Part shown: positions 1 to 9,725 of the stretch, piece by piece
Layout of the letters: each line of letters opens with the position of its first letter
How positions within the stretch are numbered: the stretch's first letter is position 1
Assembly: GCF_947581735.1 (NCBI RefSeq)
Contig: NZ_CANPVT010000002.1
Coordinates: 315,511-379,510, forward strand
Reading direction: 5' to 3'
DNA: 64,000 nucleotides
DNA from: Candidatus Palauibacter soopunensis
GTDB taxonomy: Bacteria > Gemmatimonadota > Gemmatimonadetes > Palauibacterales > Palauibacteraceae
Made by a program: the position numbers and the translations under genes
The notes under the pieces: model-generated
Told to the model about the DNA's origin: nothing
Databases searched by the model: none
What the model saw: the letters and a program-made list of their open reading frames with translations, nothing else

Positions 1-24
1 GGAGACGACCGGCCCCCCGCGTGG

Positions 25-537
25 TCACTTCGGTTTCAGCCCGTTCAGAAGGGTGGCTTTCTTCCCGCGCTTCGTCTGGATTTCGATCACGCCGTTCTCA
101 CCGCGCGGCCCGTAGAGAATCGTCGCGGCGACCCCCTTCACGATTTCTACGTGGGCTATGTCCAGGGCCTTGACGTCGGAGATGGGGAAGTCCTCCGGTT
201 GCACGACCCCGTCGATCACGACCAGCGGCGGGATCGAGCGACACGCCGTGCTGATCGACGTCGGTTCGCGCAGCCGGATCACCTCGGCCTCCCCCGGTGA
301 ACCAGCTCCCGTCTGCACTGACGAGATCGGCTGTTCCACCGAAGTCTGTTCGGCGGGGACGGAAAGCCGAGAAGGCTCTTCGACCCCAAAGTCCGGCGCG
401 AATGGCGACTCCGCGCGGTCGCACCCGACGCTCGCCAGCACGCAGACCAGCAGCATGGCGGTGGCCGCCGGACTCCCGAACCCGAACCTGCCTGGCCGGC
501 TGAACCGCATGAACCCGCCCTTCGCGTACGTCGTCAT
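25..537 (-). CDS. Small lipoprotein; C-terminal region resembles a TonB-dependent-receptor plug / carboxypeptidase-regulatory-like motif (…VVIDGV…DIAHVEIVKG…ILYGPRGENGVIEIQTKRG). The true start is probably the internal MRFSRPGRF… at ~510.
   Basis: Lipobox-like N-terminus (LLVCVLASVGC); plug-like motif recognised by eye; runs to the window edge. Confidence 0.4.
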   Translation of the reverse strand: MTTYAKGGFMRFSRPGRFGFGSPAATAMLLVCVLASVGCDRAESPFAPDFGVEEPSRLSVPAEQTSVEQPISSVQTGAGSPGEAEVIRLREPTSISTACRSIPPLVVIDGVVQPEDFPISDVKALDIAHVEIVKGVAATILYGPRGENGVIEIQTKRGKKATLLNGLKPK

Positions 538-587
538 CCGTAATCCCGTGTGCTAAACGCCCCGTTGCCGCGTTATGCGACAGTTCG

Positions 588-2130
588 ATGGCCTCCACGG
601 ACCGCTTTTCGGCTTGCGCGCGGCCGATCCGGGGTCGAACGTGGCTGGGCGTGCTGAAGGAGGTGGGACGGATGCCCGATCGCAGGGAGTTTCTGAGTCT
701 GGCCGGCATCGGCGGCGGCGGTGCGCTGCTCGGGGCCTGTGTGGGCGGCGAAGCGGGATTCGCTTCCGCCCGTGCGGGGAGTGAAGGTCTGGACCCGACG
801 GCTCGCGCGCTCCTCGACGAACTGCGCGCGATCCCCGTCGACGACACGCACTGCCACCCGCTGACGTTCGACGACGCGCAGACGGACCCCGACCAGTTCA
901 TCGAGCGGCTGGCGCTCTCCGCCTTCCCCATGGGCCGCTACTTCCCCGACGGGGTCTACGGGCGCTGGCAGGCGGGCGATGCCTCGGAGCGCGCCACCCT
1001 CGACGCCGAGTTCGACATCGCCGCCACGCGGGCCCGTGTGCTCGAGCAGGCCGGCGACACCGTCTTCCTCCGCTACCTCGTCAAGGAACTCGCCGCCTTC
1101 CTCGACTGCGACGCGACCTTCGAAGCGGTGATCGAGGCCCGGAACGAGCGGGGCCGGGACTACGCCAGTTATCTGGGCGCCCTGTTCGCCGACGCGAACA
1201 TCGAGAACGCGATGCTCGACATGGGCTACCGCGAGGGGATGGACCAGGCGGCCGTCGACCGCTTCAAGGACGCGATCTCACCCACGAACGGACGGCACAT
1301 CCTGCGCGTGGACACGATCCTTCGCGGCCTCACGGGCGACGACCTCGACCTCGGGATCGACGAGATCGAAACCCGCATGATGGCCGAGATCGAGGCGGGA
1401 CTCGACGGCGACGGCAACCTCGGCTCCCCGTCCTACGGGATGAAGTCGTACCTGCTCCCGCGCCTGGGGCTCCTCAAGCCGCACTTCGATCGAGAGGCGG
1501 CGCGCCGCTCATGGGACGCGTTCCGGGCGCGGCGCGCGCGCGGCGAGGTCCCGGCGGCGGACGCCCGGGATCGCGACGACTACTGGCAGTTGCAGGGCGA
1601 AGCGCTGATCTACCTCCATTCGCTCGCGCTCGAGGCATGCCTGGAGCGCGACATGCCGATGCAGTTCCACGCCGGCGACGGCGAGGCCCCGCGCGGGATC
1701 ATGCGCAACCAGGATCCCTTCCTCATGGAGGAGATGGTCCGCTTCGAGCGCGGCGGCGTGATGCGCATGCCGCAGGTCATCCTCATCCACGCCGGCTATC
1801 CGCTGATCGGGCGCGCCGCGTGGCTCACGCACCTGTACGCGAACTGCCACTTCGAACTGTCGCTCGCCGCGCCCCTCATCCACCACGGCATGCTGCGCAT
1901 GTTCCTCGAGGTGATGGAGGTCGTCCCCCTCTCCAAGCATCCTGTTCGGGAGCGACGCCTATCACCTGCCCGAGTTCTACTGGCTCGCCGCCAAGTGGGG
2001 CCGGCGCTTCCTCGCGCAGGCGCTCGGGATCTACGTCGACGCCGGCATCCTGACCCGCGACGAGGCCGTGGCGGCCGCCCGCATGATCCTGCACGAAAAC
2101 AACCGCCGCCTCTACCATCTCGATGACTGA
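588..2130 (+). CDS. Amidohydrolase-2 (PF04909-like) metal-dependent hydrolase with a twin-arginine signal; apparent +1 frameshift near 1935-1948 (possible pseudogene or sequencing error).
   Basis: RREFLSLAGIGGGGALLGA TAT motif; HCHP and HAGDG metal-binding regions. The annotated frame reads on as VVPLSKHPVRERRLSPARV… to 2126, whereas the +1 frame from ~1945 gives ILFGSDAYHLPEFYWLAAKWGRRFLAQALGIYVDAGILTRDEAVAAARMILHENNRRLYHLDD* ending at 2130, which is the canonical LFGSD… C-terminus of this family. Confidence 0.6.
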
Positions 2131-2143
2131 CCCCGGAGGACCC

Positions 2144-3811
2144 ATGAAGACGACCGGCCGCGCCATTCGAAGCGCTCTGACTGCCATTTCGGCGCTGATC
2201 CTGCTGGCCACGGCGGCGGAAGCCGCGCAGCCGATGCAGATGGTCGGGGCTCCGGACCGGGGCCCGGACGAGGGCGGGGGACCGTACGACCGCCTCATCA
2301 TCCGCGGCGCCACCGTGATCGACGGCACCGGCGCGCCCCCCATCGGACCGATGGACATCGTGATCGAGGGGAACCGCATCGTCGACGTCGTCGGCGTCGG
2401 CGTCCCGCAGCGCCCCATCGACGAGTCGCGCCGCCCCGGGCTCACCGTGGACGGCAACCCCGACGCCGTCGTGCACGAGATCGACGCCACGGGCATGTAC
2501 GTCCTGCCGGGGTTCGTCGACCTCCACCTGCACACCGGCGGCGTCCCCAAGGCGCCCGAGGCGGAGTACACGTACAAGCTCTGGATGTCGCACGGGATCA
2601 CCACCGGCCGCGGCGTCGCCTTCGGTCCCCACGACTGGTCCGTCCAGGAGAAGGCGCGGAGCGCGGCGAACGAGATCGTGGCCCCCCGCATGTGGGTCTA
2701 TCCCTTCACGGGAGCGGGCGGAGAGGGATGGAGCGGCCGCCTGATCGACACCCCGGAGGACGCGCGCGACTGGGTCCGCTACGTGAAGGAGTCGGGCGGC
2801 GACGGGCTCAAGCTCAACTCGTTCCGCCCGGAGATCATGGAGGCGCTGCTCGACGAGGCGGTCCAACTCGGCCTCGGGAGCACCGCCCACCTCGGCCAGA
2901 TGGGCGTCGCGCAGATGAACGCGCTCGACGCCGCGCGCCTCGGCCTCGGCACCGTCACGCACTTCTACGGGCTGTTCGAGGCGCTGTACAAGGACACCGA
3001 CGTCCAGCCGTGGCCCCCCGAGATGAACTACAACGACGAGCAGCACCGCTTCGGGCAGGTGCCCATGCAGTGGAACCTCATCCACGAGCGCGGGAGCCCG
3101 GAGTGGAACGCCTTCCTCGAGGAGATGCTCTCGCTCGACGTCACCCTCGACCCCACGATGACCGCCTACCAGGCGAGCTGGGACGTGGACGACCAGATGT
3201 ATGCCCCGTGGCACGAGAACTACACGCTGCCGACGCTGTGGGAGTTCTACGAGGCGAACCGCGAGGACCACGGCTCGTACTACTTCGACTGGACGACGTG
3301 GGAGGAGGTCGCGTGGCGCAACTTCCTCGAGGTGTGGCACGATCTGCTCAACGACTACAAGAACATGGGCGGCCGCGTCACCGCGAGTTCGGACGCGGGC
3401 TACATCTACAACCTCATGGGGTTCTCCACGATCCAGGAGATGGAACTTCTGCAGCATGCCGGGTTCCATCCGCTGGAGGTGATCCGCGCCGCGACCATGC
3501 ACGCGGCCGAGACGCTGTTCAAGCCGACGGGCCGCCCCATCGAGTTCGGCGTCGTGCGACGCGGCCTGCTGGCGGACCTCGTGATCGTGGACGAGAACCC
3601 GATCCAGAACCTCAAGGTCCTGTACGGCACCGGGGCGCGGCGCCTGAACGACGAGACGGGAGAGGTCGAGACGGTCGGCGGCATCCTGTACACGATCAAG
3701 GACGGCATCGTCTACGACGCGAAGCGCCTCCTCGCCGACGTGGCCGAGATGGTCGAGGAGCAGAAGCGCGCCGTCACCACCGCCACCGACAACGGAGATA
3801 CGAATAGATGA
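2144..3811 (+). CDS. Secreted amidohydrolase family protein (D-aminoacylase / dihydroorotase-like metal-dependent hydrolase).
   Basis: Signal peptide MKTTGRAIRSALTAISALILLATAAEA; classic amidohydrolase N-terminus IIRGATVIDGTG…IVIEGNRIV…DATGMYVLPGFVDLHLH. Start set at the internal Met (the ORF track starts at 2123). Confidence 0.75.
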   Translation: MKTTGRAIRSALTAISALILLATAAEAAQPMQMVGAPDRGPDEGGGPYDRLIIRGATVIDGTGAPPIGPMDIVIEGNRIVDVVGVGVPQRPIDESRRPGLTVDGNPDAVVHEIDATGMYVLPGFVDLHLHTGGVPKAPEAEYTYKLWMSHGITTGRGVAFGPHDWSVQEKARSAANEIVAPRMWVYPFTGAGGEGWSGRLIDTPEDARDWVRYVKESGGDGLKLNSFRPEIMEALLDEAVQLGLGSTAHLGQMGVAQMNALDAARLGLGTVTHFYGLFEALYKDTDVQPWPPEMNYNDEQHRFGQVPMQWNLIHERGSPEWNAFLEEMLSLDVTLDPTMTAYQASWDVDDQMYAPWHENYTLPTLWEFYEANREDHGSYYFDWTTWEEVAWRNFLEVWHDLLNDYKNMGGRVTASSDAGYIYNLMGFSTIQEMELLQHAGFHPLEVIRAATMHAAETLFKPTGRPIEFGVVRRGLLADLVIVDENPIQNLKVLYGTGARRLNDETGEVETVGGILYTIKDGIVYDAKRLLADVAEMVEEQKRAVTTATDNGDTNR

Positions 3812-4362
3812 GTGAGAGAAGGGAGACGGCGACGCTGGGCGGGGGGTGCTTCTGGTGCCTCGAAGCCGTGTATCAGCTTCTGGAAGGGGTGCACGGCGTG
3901 AAGTCGGGGTACGCCGGGGGGCATGCCGAGAATCCGACCTACGAGCACGTGTGCTCGGGCCGCACCGGACACGCGGAAGTCGTGCGCGTCACGTTCGATC
4001 CGGATACGGTTTCGTTCGACGATCTGCTGGATGTCTTCTTCACCATCCACGACCCCACGACGCTGAACCGGCAGGGCGCGGATGTGGGAACGCAGTACCG
4101 CTCGGCGATCTTCCACGAGAGCGAGGCACAGAAGGAGGCGGCCGAGCGGAAGATCGCCGAGATCACGGCCGCAGGGATCTGGCAGGACCCCATCGTGACG
4201 GAGGTCACCCCGCTGGAGACGTTCTACCCGGCCGAGGCCTACCACGACGACTACCTGAATCGGAACCCGACCCAGCCGTACTGCCAGGCGGTCGTGGCGC
4301 CGAAGGTGGCGAAGTTCCGACGCCAGCACCTCCAGCGCCTGAAGCGCGGAGCGGGCGTCTGA
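3808..4362 (+). CDS. msrA: Peptide methionine sulfoxide reductase A.
   Basis: GGGCFWC active-site motif; length ~184 aa; 4-nt overlap with the upstream gene. Confidence 0.9.
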   Translation: MSERRETATLGGGCFWCLEAVYQLLEGVHGVKSGYAGGHAENPTYEHVCSGRTGHAEVVRVTFDPDTVSFDDLLDVFFTIHDPTTLNRQGADVGTQYRSAIFHESEAQKEAAERKIAEITAAGIWQDPIVTEVTPLETFYPAEAYHDDYLNRNPTQPYCQAVVAPKVAKFRRQHLQRLKRGAGV

Positions 4363-4414
4363 CGGAGGCCGCGGCGCTTTCTGCGCGGCGCCGGTCTTCG
4401 CGGCGGGTCGCCGG

Positions 4415-5050
4415 GTGACGACGCCGGCGCACGCCGCGCTCAGCCTGATCGTCCTGGGCCGGTCCGAGCGCAACGCGCTGCCGGTCGCGCTCGGGGCCGT
4501 CGCCCCGGACCTCCCGATGCTCGTCTTCTACTTCTGGGAGCGGCTCGCGCGCGGCGTGTCGGAGGGCCGGATCTGGTCGGAGCGCTACTTCGACCCCGGC
4601 TGGCAGGTCGTGTTCGACATCCCGAGTTCGATCCCTCTTCTCGCACTCGCCCTGTGCATTCTCCTGGTGCTCATCGGCCGGCGTTCGGCCGCCGGGCGCA
4701 TCCCGCCTCCCGGAGTGGTCGCCGCGCTGCGGCCGGCGAGGCTCACCGAGTGGGCCCTGTTCGTCGCGAGCATGATCATCCACGCGCTCGGCGACCTGCC
4801 GCTGCACCGGGAAGACGCGCACCGCCACTTCTTCCCGTTCAGCGACTGGCGCTTCACGAGCCCCGTGTCGTACTGGGACCCGGACCACTACGGAGGCTAC
4901 GCGGCCATCGGTGAAGTCCTCCTCGTGCTGGCGGTCTCCTTCTTCCTCTTCCGGGCCTACCGCGGCCGGGGCCGCTGGATCGTGCTCGGAGTCGCCGGCG
5001 TCTACGCGCTCTTCATCGGCTTCGCCGTACTGATGTGGTCCGGGCTGTGA
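4415..5050 (+). CDS. Polytopic membrane protein, putative membrane-bound metal-dependent hydrolase (YdjM/DUF457-like).
   Basis: Several hydrophobic segments; HALGDLPLH…HRH histidine-rich motifs. Confidence 0.45.
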   Translation: MTTPAHAALSLIVLGRSERNALPVALGAVAPDLPMLVFYFWERLARGVSEGRIWSERYFDPGWQVVFDIPSSIPLLALALCILLVLIGRRSAAGRIPPPGVVAALRPARLTEWALFVASMIIHALGDLPLHREDAHRHFFPFSDWRFTSPVSYWDPDHYGGYAAIGEVLLVLAVSFFLFRAYRGRGRWIVLGVAGVYALFIGFAVLMWSGL

Positions 5051-6267
5051 TGGCCGACCGATTTCCGCTCGGGGCACGGGTCCGGCTCGCGGATCTCGCG
5101 GTCGATCCCTACCCGATCTTCTCCGAACTGCGGGAGGCCGAGCCCGTCACCTGGGTGCCGGAGATCGAGCGCTGGTTCCTCACGCGGCGCGACGACATCC
5201 TCGCCGTGCTCCGGGACCCCGACCTCTTCACGACGGACGCGCCTTCGACGATCCGCGACATGTTCGGCGTCCACATGATGACGACGGAAGGTCCGACACA
5301 GATCCGCTACAAGCGGAAGTGTCTGTCCCCGTTCCACGCCTCCCGCCTGAAGACGGCTTCGCTGCCGCCCCTGGTGGCGGAGGTCGAGCGCCTGGTGGAA
5401 GCGATGCGGTCGACGGCGAGGCCGGCGGACGGCGGACAGGCCGGTCGATGGCAGGCCGGGGAGGTGCGGACGGGTGTGGCCCGGCCGGTCGCGCTCCATT
5501 CGGTGCTCTCCGTGCTCGGCATTCCGCTGGCCGAGACGGAGCGCGTGAACGAGTGGTACGAACACTTCGCCCGCGCGCTGGCGAATTTCGCCGGAGATCC
5601 GGAGCTGCGCGCGGCGGGCAAGGGGGCAGCCGACGCGTTCGGCCGGGCGCTCGCACCGATCCTCGAGGAACTCGAACGGGACCCGGACGGCAGCCTGCTC
5701 TCCGACCTCGCGTGCGACCACGTCGACCCGCTCACGGCGGAGGAGATCCGCTCCAACGCGCTCATCATCCTCTTCGGCGGGATCGAGACGACCGAGTCGA
5801 TGATCGCCAACGCGGTGTGGGCCCTTCTCTCGCACCCCGAACAACTGCCGGCGGTGCGTGCGAGCGAGGCCGCCCTGGAGCTGGCGATCGAGGAGACGCT
5901 GCGCTGGGAGCCGGCGGTGCAGTCGGCCGCCCGCCACGCGACCCGCGATACGGAGATCCGCGGCGTCCGCATCGCGAAGGGCGAGGTCGTGCACTGCATG
6001 CTGGGCGCGGCCAACCGCGACCCCGCGCACTTCGAGCACCCCGACCGCTTCGACGCGACCCGCCGGAACGCCGGAGACCACCTGTCGTTCGCCGTGGGCC
6101 GCCACTTCTGCCTCGGCGCCCCGCTCGCCCGCCTCGAGACGCGCGTCGTGCTGGAGACGCTGTGGGCCCGCTGCCCCGGCCTCCGCCTTGACCCGGACCG
6201 CCCCGCGACCCCCCGTGGCTACGAATTTCGGAAGCCGCCGGCCCTGTGGGTGCAGTGGAAGGTCTGA
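5050..6267 (+). CDS. Cytochrome P450.
   Basis: FGGIETT (I-helix), ETLRWEP (K-helix ExxR), FAVGRHFCLGAPLAR heme-thiolate loop; start shares 1 nt with the upstream stop. Confidence 0.9.
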   Translation: MADRFPLGARVRLADLAVDPYPIFSELREAEPVTWVPEIERWFLTRRDDILAVLRDPDLFTTDAPSTIRDMFGVHMMTTEGPTQIRYKRKCLSPFHASRLKTASLPPLVAEVERLVEAMRSTARPADGGQAGRWQAGEVRTGVARPVALHSVLSVLGIPLAETERVNEWYEHFARALANFAGDPELRAAGKGAADAFGRALAPILEELERDPDGSLLSDLACDHVDPLTAEEIRSNALIILFGGIETTESMIANAVWALLSHPEQLPAVRASEAALELAIEETLRWEPAVQSAARHATRDTEIRGVRIAKGEVVHCMLGAANRDPAHFEHPDRFDATRRNAGDHLSFAVGRHFCLGAPLARLETRVVLETLWARCPGLRLDPDRPATPRGYEFRKPPALWVQWKV

Positions 6268-6271
6268 ACCG

Positions 6272-7384
6272 TCAGCAGTCGGCGCCGCAGTGGGCCGCCA
6301 CGAGGCGGGTGAGGATGCCCATGTAGTCGCTCCAGGGCGTCTGGGCGTCCGGGACCGTCTTGTGGGCGACGACCATGCCCACCGATGGGATGACCGTGAT
6401 GAACTGGCCGTACGCCCCCCGCCCGCTGTACGCCCCCTCGAATCCCTCCGGCACCGCGGGGCCGTCCCACACCCACCACATGTACCCGTAGCCGAATTCG
6501 CCGCCGCGCAGCCCCTCGGGATTCATCTCCTCGGAGGGCGTGACAATGCTGACGATGCGTTCGGCCCACCCGTCGGGAAGGATCCGCTCGTCTTCCCACA
6601 TTCCGTCCCGCTCCATGACGTATCCGATCCGGGCCATGTCCCGCGTGGAGAGGACCATGTGGTAGGCGAGATTCCGGGAGCGCGTGTCGTCGCCCGACTT
6701 GCGGTGGATCGACCGGTCCCAGTCCTCGAACCCCAGTGGCACCGCGAGGTCGGTCTCGAGCGCGTCGTAGATGTTGCGGCCGGTGAGCTGCTCGAAGGCG
6801 GCCCCCGCCGCGTTGAAATCCCAGTTGCTGTACAGGTAGTAGGTGCCGGGCTCCTGCGAACCGCGCGGCGGCGCGTCCGCGAGGTTGTCCCCCGCGTTCG
6901 AAGCCGGGTGGTAGACCCCCGAGCGGGCCGTGACGAGGTCGAGGACCCGGGCGCGCTTCTCGACCGGAAGCAGGCCCTGAACGTCGTCCATGCCGAGGTC
7001 GTCGAGAGTGAGCTCCAGGTCGATCGTGCCATCCTCGACGTAGTTCCCGTACAGCATGGCGAGAATGCTCTTCCGCACCGAGGCGAGATAGCTCAGCGAA
7101 TCGACGGGCCCGTGCTCGAACAGCACGCGTCCCCCGACGACGGCCATGACGGCGGAGGTATTGATCCCCTCCACGTAGGGATGGATCGCGTCCAGCGCCT
7201 CGGCCGAAAATCCGGCGGAGGCCGGCTCCGAGATCCGCTCCCACGACGCGCCCGGATAGACCGTTTCGGCCGCGCGCTCCGCGACCGGCGCCGGAGCGCA
7301 AGCGAACCCCGCGACGAGCGCCAGAACCAGCGCCGCCAGCGCCACGCACCCTTTGACGCGGTTCTCGTGTCTCACGATCATCAT
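6272..7384 (-). CDS. Beta-lactamase-related serine hydrolase (class C / D-aminopeptidase-like family), lipoprotein.
   Basis: Signal/lipobox MMIVRHENRVKGCVALAALVLALVAGFACA; SVRK (SxxK) motif; overall similarity to the beta-lactamase/transpeptidase fold. Confidence 0.7.
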   Translation of the reverse strand: MMIVRHENRVKGCVALAALVLALVAGFACAPAPVAERAAETVYPGASWERISEPASAGFSAEALDAIHPYVEGINTSAVMAVVGGRVLFEHGPVDSLSYLASVRKSILAMLYGNYVEDGTIDLELTLDDLGMDDVQGLLPVEKRARVLDLVTARSGVYHPASNAGDNLADAPPRGSQEPGTYYLYSNWDFNAAGAAFEQLTGRNIYDALETDLAVPLGFEDWDRSIHRKSGDDTRSRNLAYHMVLSTRDMARIGYVMERDGMWEDERILPDGWAERIVSIVTPSEEMNPEGLRGGEFGYGYMWWVWDGPAVPEGFEGAYSGRGAYGQFITVIPSVGMVVAHKTVPDAQTPWSDYMGILTRLVAAHCGADC

Positions 7385-7505
7385 GTCCCGATTCCCGTCC
7401 TGAAGAACTGGAAAGAGACAACAGTGAAACGCGCGCAGCACCGCCGCCAGTGTAACGGCTACGAACACGGGCGATCAGGATCCGAGTGAAGCGAAGGAGT
7501 CGTCG

Positions 7506-9686
7506 ATGTCGCGAGCGAAGGCCGCATGCCATGACCGTTTCCCCCTCGTCGCGGCGCTGCTCGCCGTGAGCGTCCAGACCGCCGGCTGCACCGGGGAGGG
7601 TGCCGACCCAGCCCCCGAATCCCCGGCCGACGCCGGGATCGCGCCCCCCGTCGCGCGCGTGATCCCGGAGCAACTGGAGACGCACGGGCACACGCGGATC
7701 GACAACTACTACTGGCTGAACCAGCGCGACAATCCCGAGGTCATCGCGTACCTCGAGGCGGAGAACGGCTACACCGACGCGCTGATGGCCCACACCGAGG
7801 ATCTCCAGACCGAGCTGTTCGAGGAGATCAAGGGCCGGATCCAGCAGACCGACCTCTCCGTTCCGGTGCGGGAGGGAGACTTCTTCTACTACACGCGCAC
7901 CGAAGAGGGGCGCGATTACCCGATCTACGCCCGGAAGCGCGGCTCCCTCGACGCCGACGAGGAAGTCATCCTCGACGTCAACCCGCTCGCCGAGGGCCAC
8001 GACTTCTACGCCGCCTTCCCTGAGGTCAGCTCCGACGGCGACCTGATGGCGTGGGCCGAGGACACCCGCGGGCGCCGCATCTACACCATCCGCATCCGGA
8101 ACCTCGACACCGGAGAGGACTACCCGGAGTCGATCGAAAACGCGTCCGGCAACATGGTGTGGGCCGAGGACAACCGGACGCTCTTCTATGCGCGCCGCGA
8201 TCCCGGGACGCTGCGTTCCTATCAGGTCTACCGCCACCGGATCGGGACCGACCCCGCGGAAGACGTGCTCGTGTACCAGGAGGACGACGAGGAGTTCAGC
8301 AGCCGCATCCGCAAGACGAAGTCGAAGCAGTACCTCGTCATCTCCTCCTCCCACACCGTGATGGACGAGCACCGCTTCCTCGACGCGACGAACCCCGAGG
8401 GCGAGTTCACCCTCTTCCTTCCGCGCGAGCGCGGGCACGAGCACCGCTTCGACCACTTCGGAGACCACTTCTACATCCGGACGAACCTCGACGGGGCCGA
8501 GAACTTCAAGCTCATGCGCACCCCCGTCGACCGGACGGCGACGGACAAGTGGGAGGCGCTCGTCCCGCACCGGGACGATGTCTTCCTGCAGGGGTTCGAG
8601 CTGTTCCGGGACCACCTCGTGATCTCGGAGCGCGCCGGGGGGCTCACCCGTCTGCGCGTCCGCGCCTGGGAAGGGGACGAGCACGAGATCGCGTTCGACG
8701 AGCCGGCCTACCTGGCCTCCCTGTCGGCCAACCCCGAACTGGACACGAACATCCTTCGCTACGGGTACACGTCGCTCTCCGCGCCGCGCTCGGTCTACGA
8801 CTACGACATGTTCACCCGCGAGCGCACGCTGCTCAAGGAGGACGAAGTGCTCGGCGGCTATGACCGCGCGGACTACGTGGTGGAGCGGCTGCACGCCCCG
8901 GCCCGCGACGGCGCCGTGGAGGTCCCGGTATCCGTCGTCTACCGGCGCGGCCTCGAGAAGGATGGTGACAACCCGCTCCTCCTCTACGCCTACGGCTCCT
9001 ACGGCGCGAGCATGGAGCCCACCTTCTCCTCCACGCGCCTCAGTCTCCTCGACCGCGGCTTCGTGTACGCGATCGCCCACATCCGGGGCGGACAGGAGCT
9101 GGGCCGCGCGTGGTACGAGGACGGGAAGATGTTCAACAAGAAGAACACCTTCACCGATTACGTGGACGCGGCGGATTTCCTCGTGGCGGAAGGCTACACG
9201 AGCCCCGAGAAGCTCTTCGCCCGGGGCGGGAGCGCCGGGGGTCTGCTCATGGGGGCGGTCGTGAACATGCGGCCGGAGCTGTTCCGGGGCGTGGTCGCGC
9301 ACGTGCCGTTCGTCGACGTCGTAACGACGATGTTGGACGAGTCGATCCCGCTCACGACCTTCGAGTGGGACGAGTGGGGCGATCCCCACGAACTCGAGTC
9401 GTACCGCTACATGCTGTCCTACTCCCCCTACGACCAGGTGGAGGCGAAGGACTATCCCAACCTGCTCGTCACGACGGGGCTGCACGACTCGCAGGTCCAG
9501 TATTGGGAGCCCGCGAAGTGGGTGGCGAAGCTGCGCGCGACGAAGACGGACGAGAACCGCCTGCTCCTCAAGACGCACATGGACGCCGGCCACGGCGGCG
9601 GCTCGGGCCGCGACCGGGCGTACGAGGAACTCGCCTTCGAGTTCGCCTTCATCCTCGACCTGCTCGGAGAGACCGCCCCGCGTTAG
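7506..9686 (+). CDS. ptrB: Oligopeptidase B (protease II), S9A prolyl oligopeptidase family, lipoprotein.
   Basis: N-terminal beta-propeller region plus C-terminal GGSAGGLLMG catalytic Ser and D…H triad; lipobox AGCTG. Confidence 0.9.
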   Translation: MSRAKAACHDRFPLVAALLAVSVQTAGCTGEGADPAPESPADAGIAPPVARVIPEQLETHGHTRIDNYYWLNQRDNPEVIAYLEAENGYTDALMAHTEDLQTELFEEIKGRIQQTDLSVPVREGDFFYYTRTEEGRDYPIYARKRGSLDADEEVILDVNPLAEGHDFYAAFPEVSSDGDLMAWAEDTRGRRIYTIRIRNLDTGEDYPESIENASGNMVWAEDNRTLFYARRDPGTLRSYQVYRHRIGTDPAEDVLVYQEDDEEFSSRIRKTKSKQYLVISSSHTVMDEHRFLDATNPEGEFTLFLPRERGHEHRFDHFGDHFYIRTNLDGAENFKLMRTPVDRTATDKWEALVPHRDDVFLQGFELFRDHLVISERAGGLTRLRVRAWEGDEHEIAFDEPAYLASLSANPELDTNILRYGYTSLSAPRSVYDYDMFTRERTLLKEDEVLGGYDRADYVVERLHAPARDGAVEVPVSVVYRRGLEKDGDNPLLLYAYGSYGASMEPTFSSTRLSLLDRGFVYAIAHIRGGQELGRAWYEDGKMFNKKNTFTDYVDAADFLVAEGYTSPEKLFARGGSAGGLLMGAVVNMRPELFRGVVAHVPFVDVVTTMLDESIPLTTFEWDEWGDPHELESYRYMLSYSPYDQVEAKDYPNLLVTTGLHDSQVQYWEPAKWVAKLRATKTDENRLLLKTHMDAGHGGGSGRDRAYEELAFEFAFILDLLGETAPR

Positions 9687-9725
9687 GGCATGATGGCCGC
9701 TCGTGCCGGGGCGCGCCCGCTCGCG

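Noticed and set aside
6219-9593. 1124-aa ORF antisense to ptrB, plus similar very long antisense or out-of-frame ORFs (98..931, 1796..3502, 10867..14166, 15016..17034, 18010..19722, 21480..23372, 23690..25906, 52361..55246, 60367..63429 and others).
   Set aside because: Their translations are low-complexity and R/G/A/P-rich with no family motifs. The overlapping sense-strand ORFs carry unambiguous motifs (oligopeptidase B, PEPCK, ActP, SorA and so on). Long antisense ORFs are expected in ~70% GC DNA because stop codons are rare.
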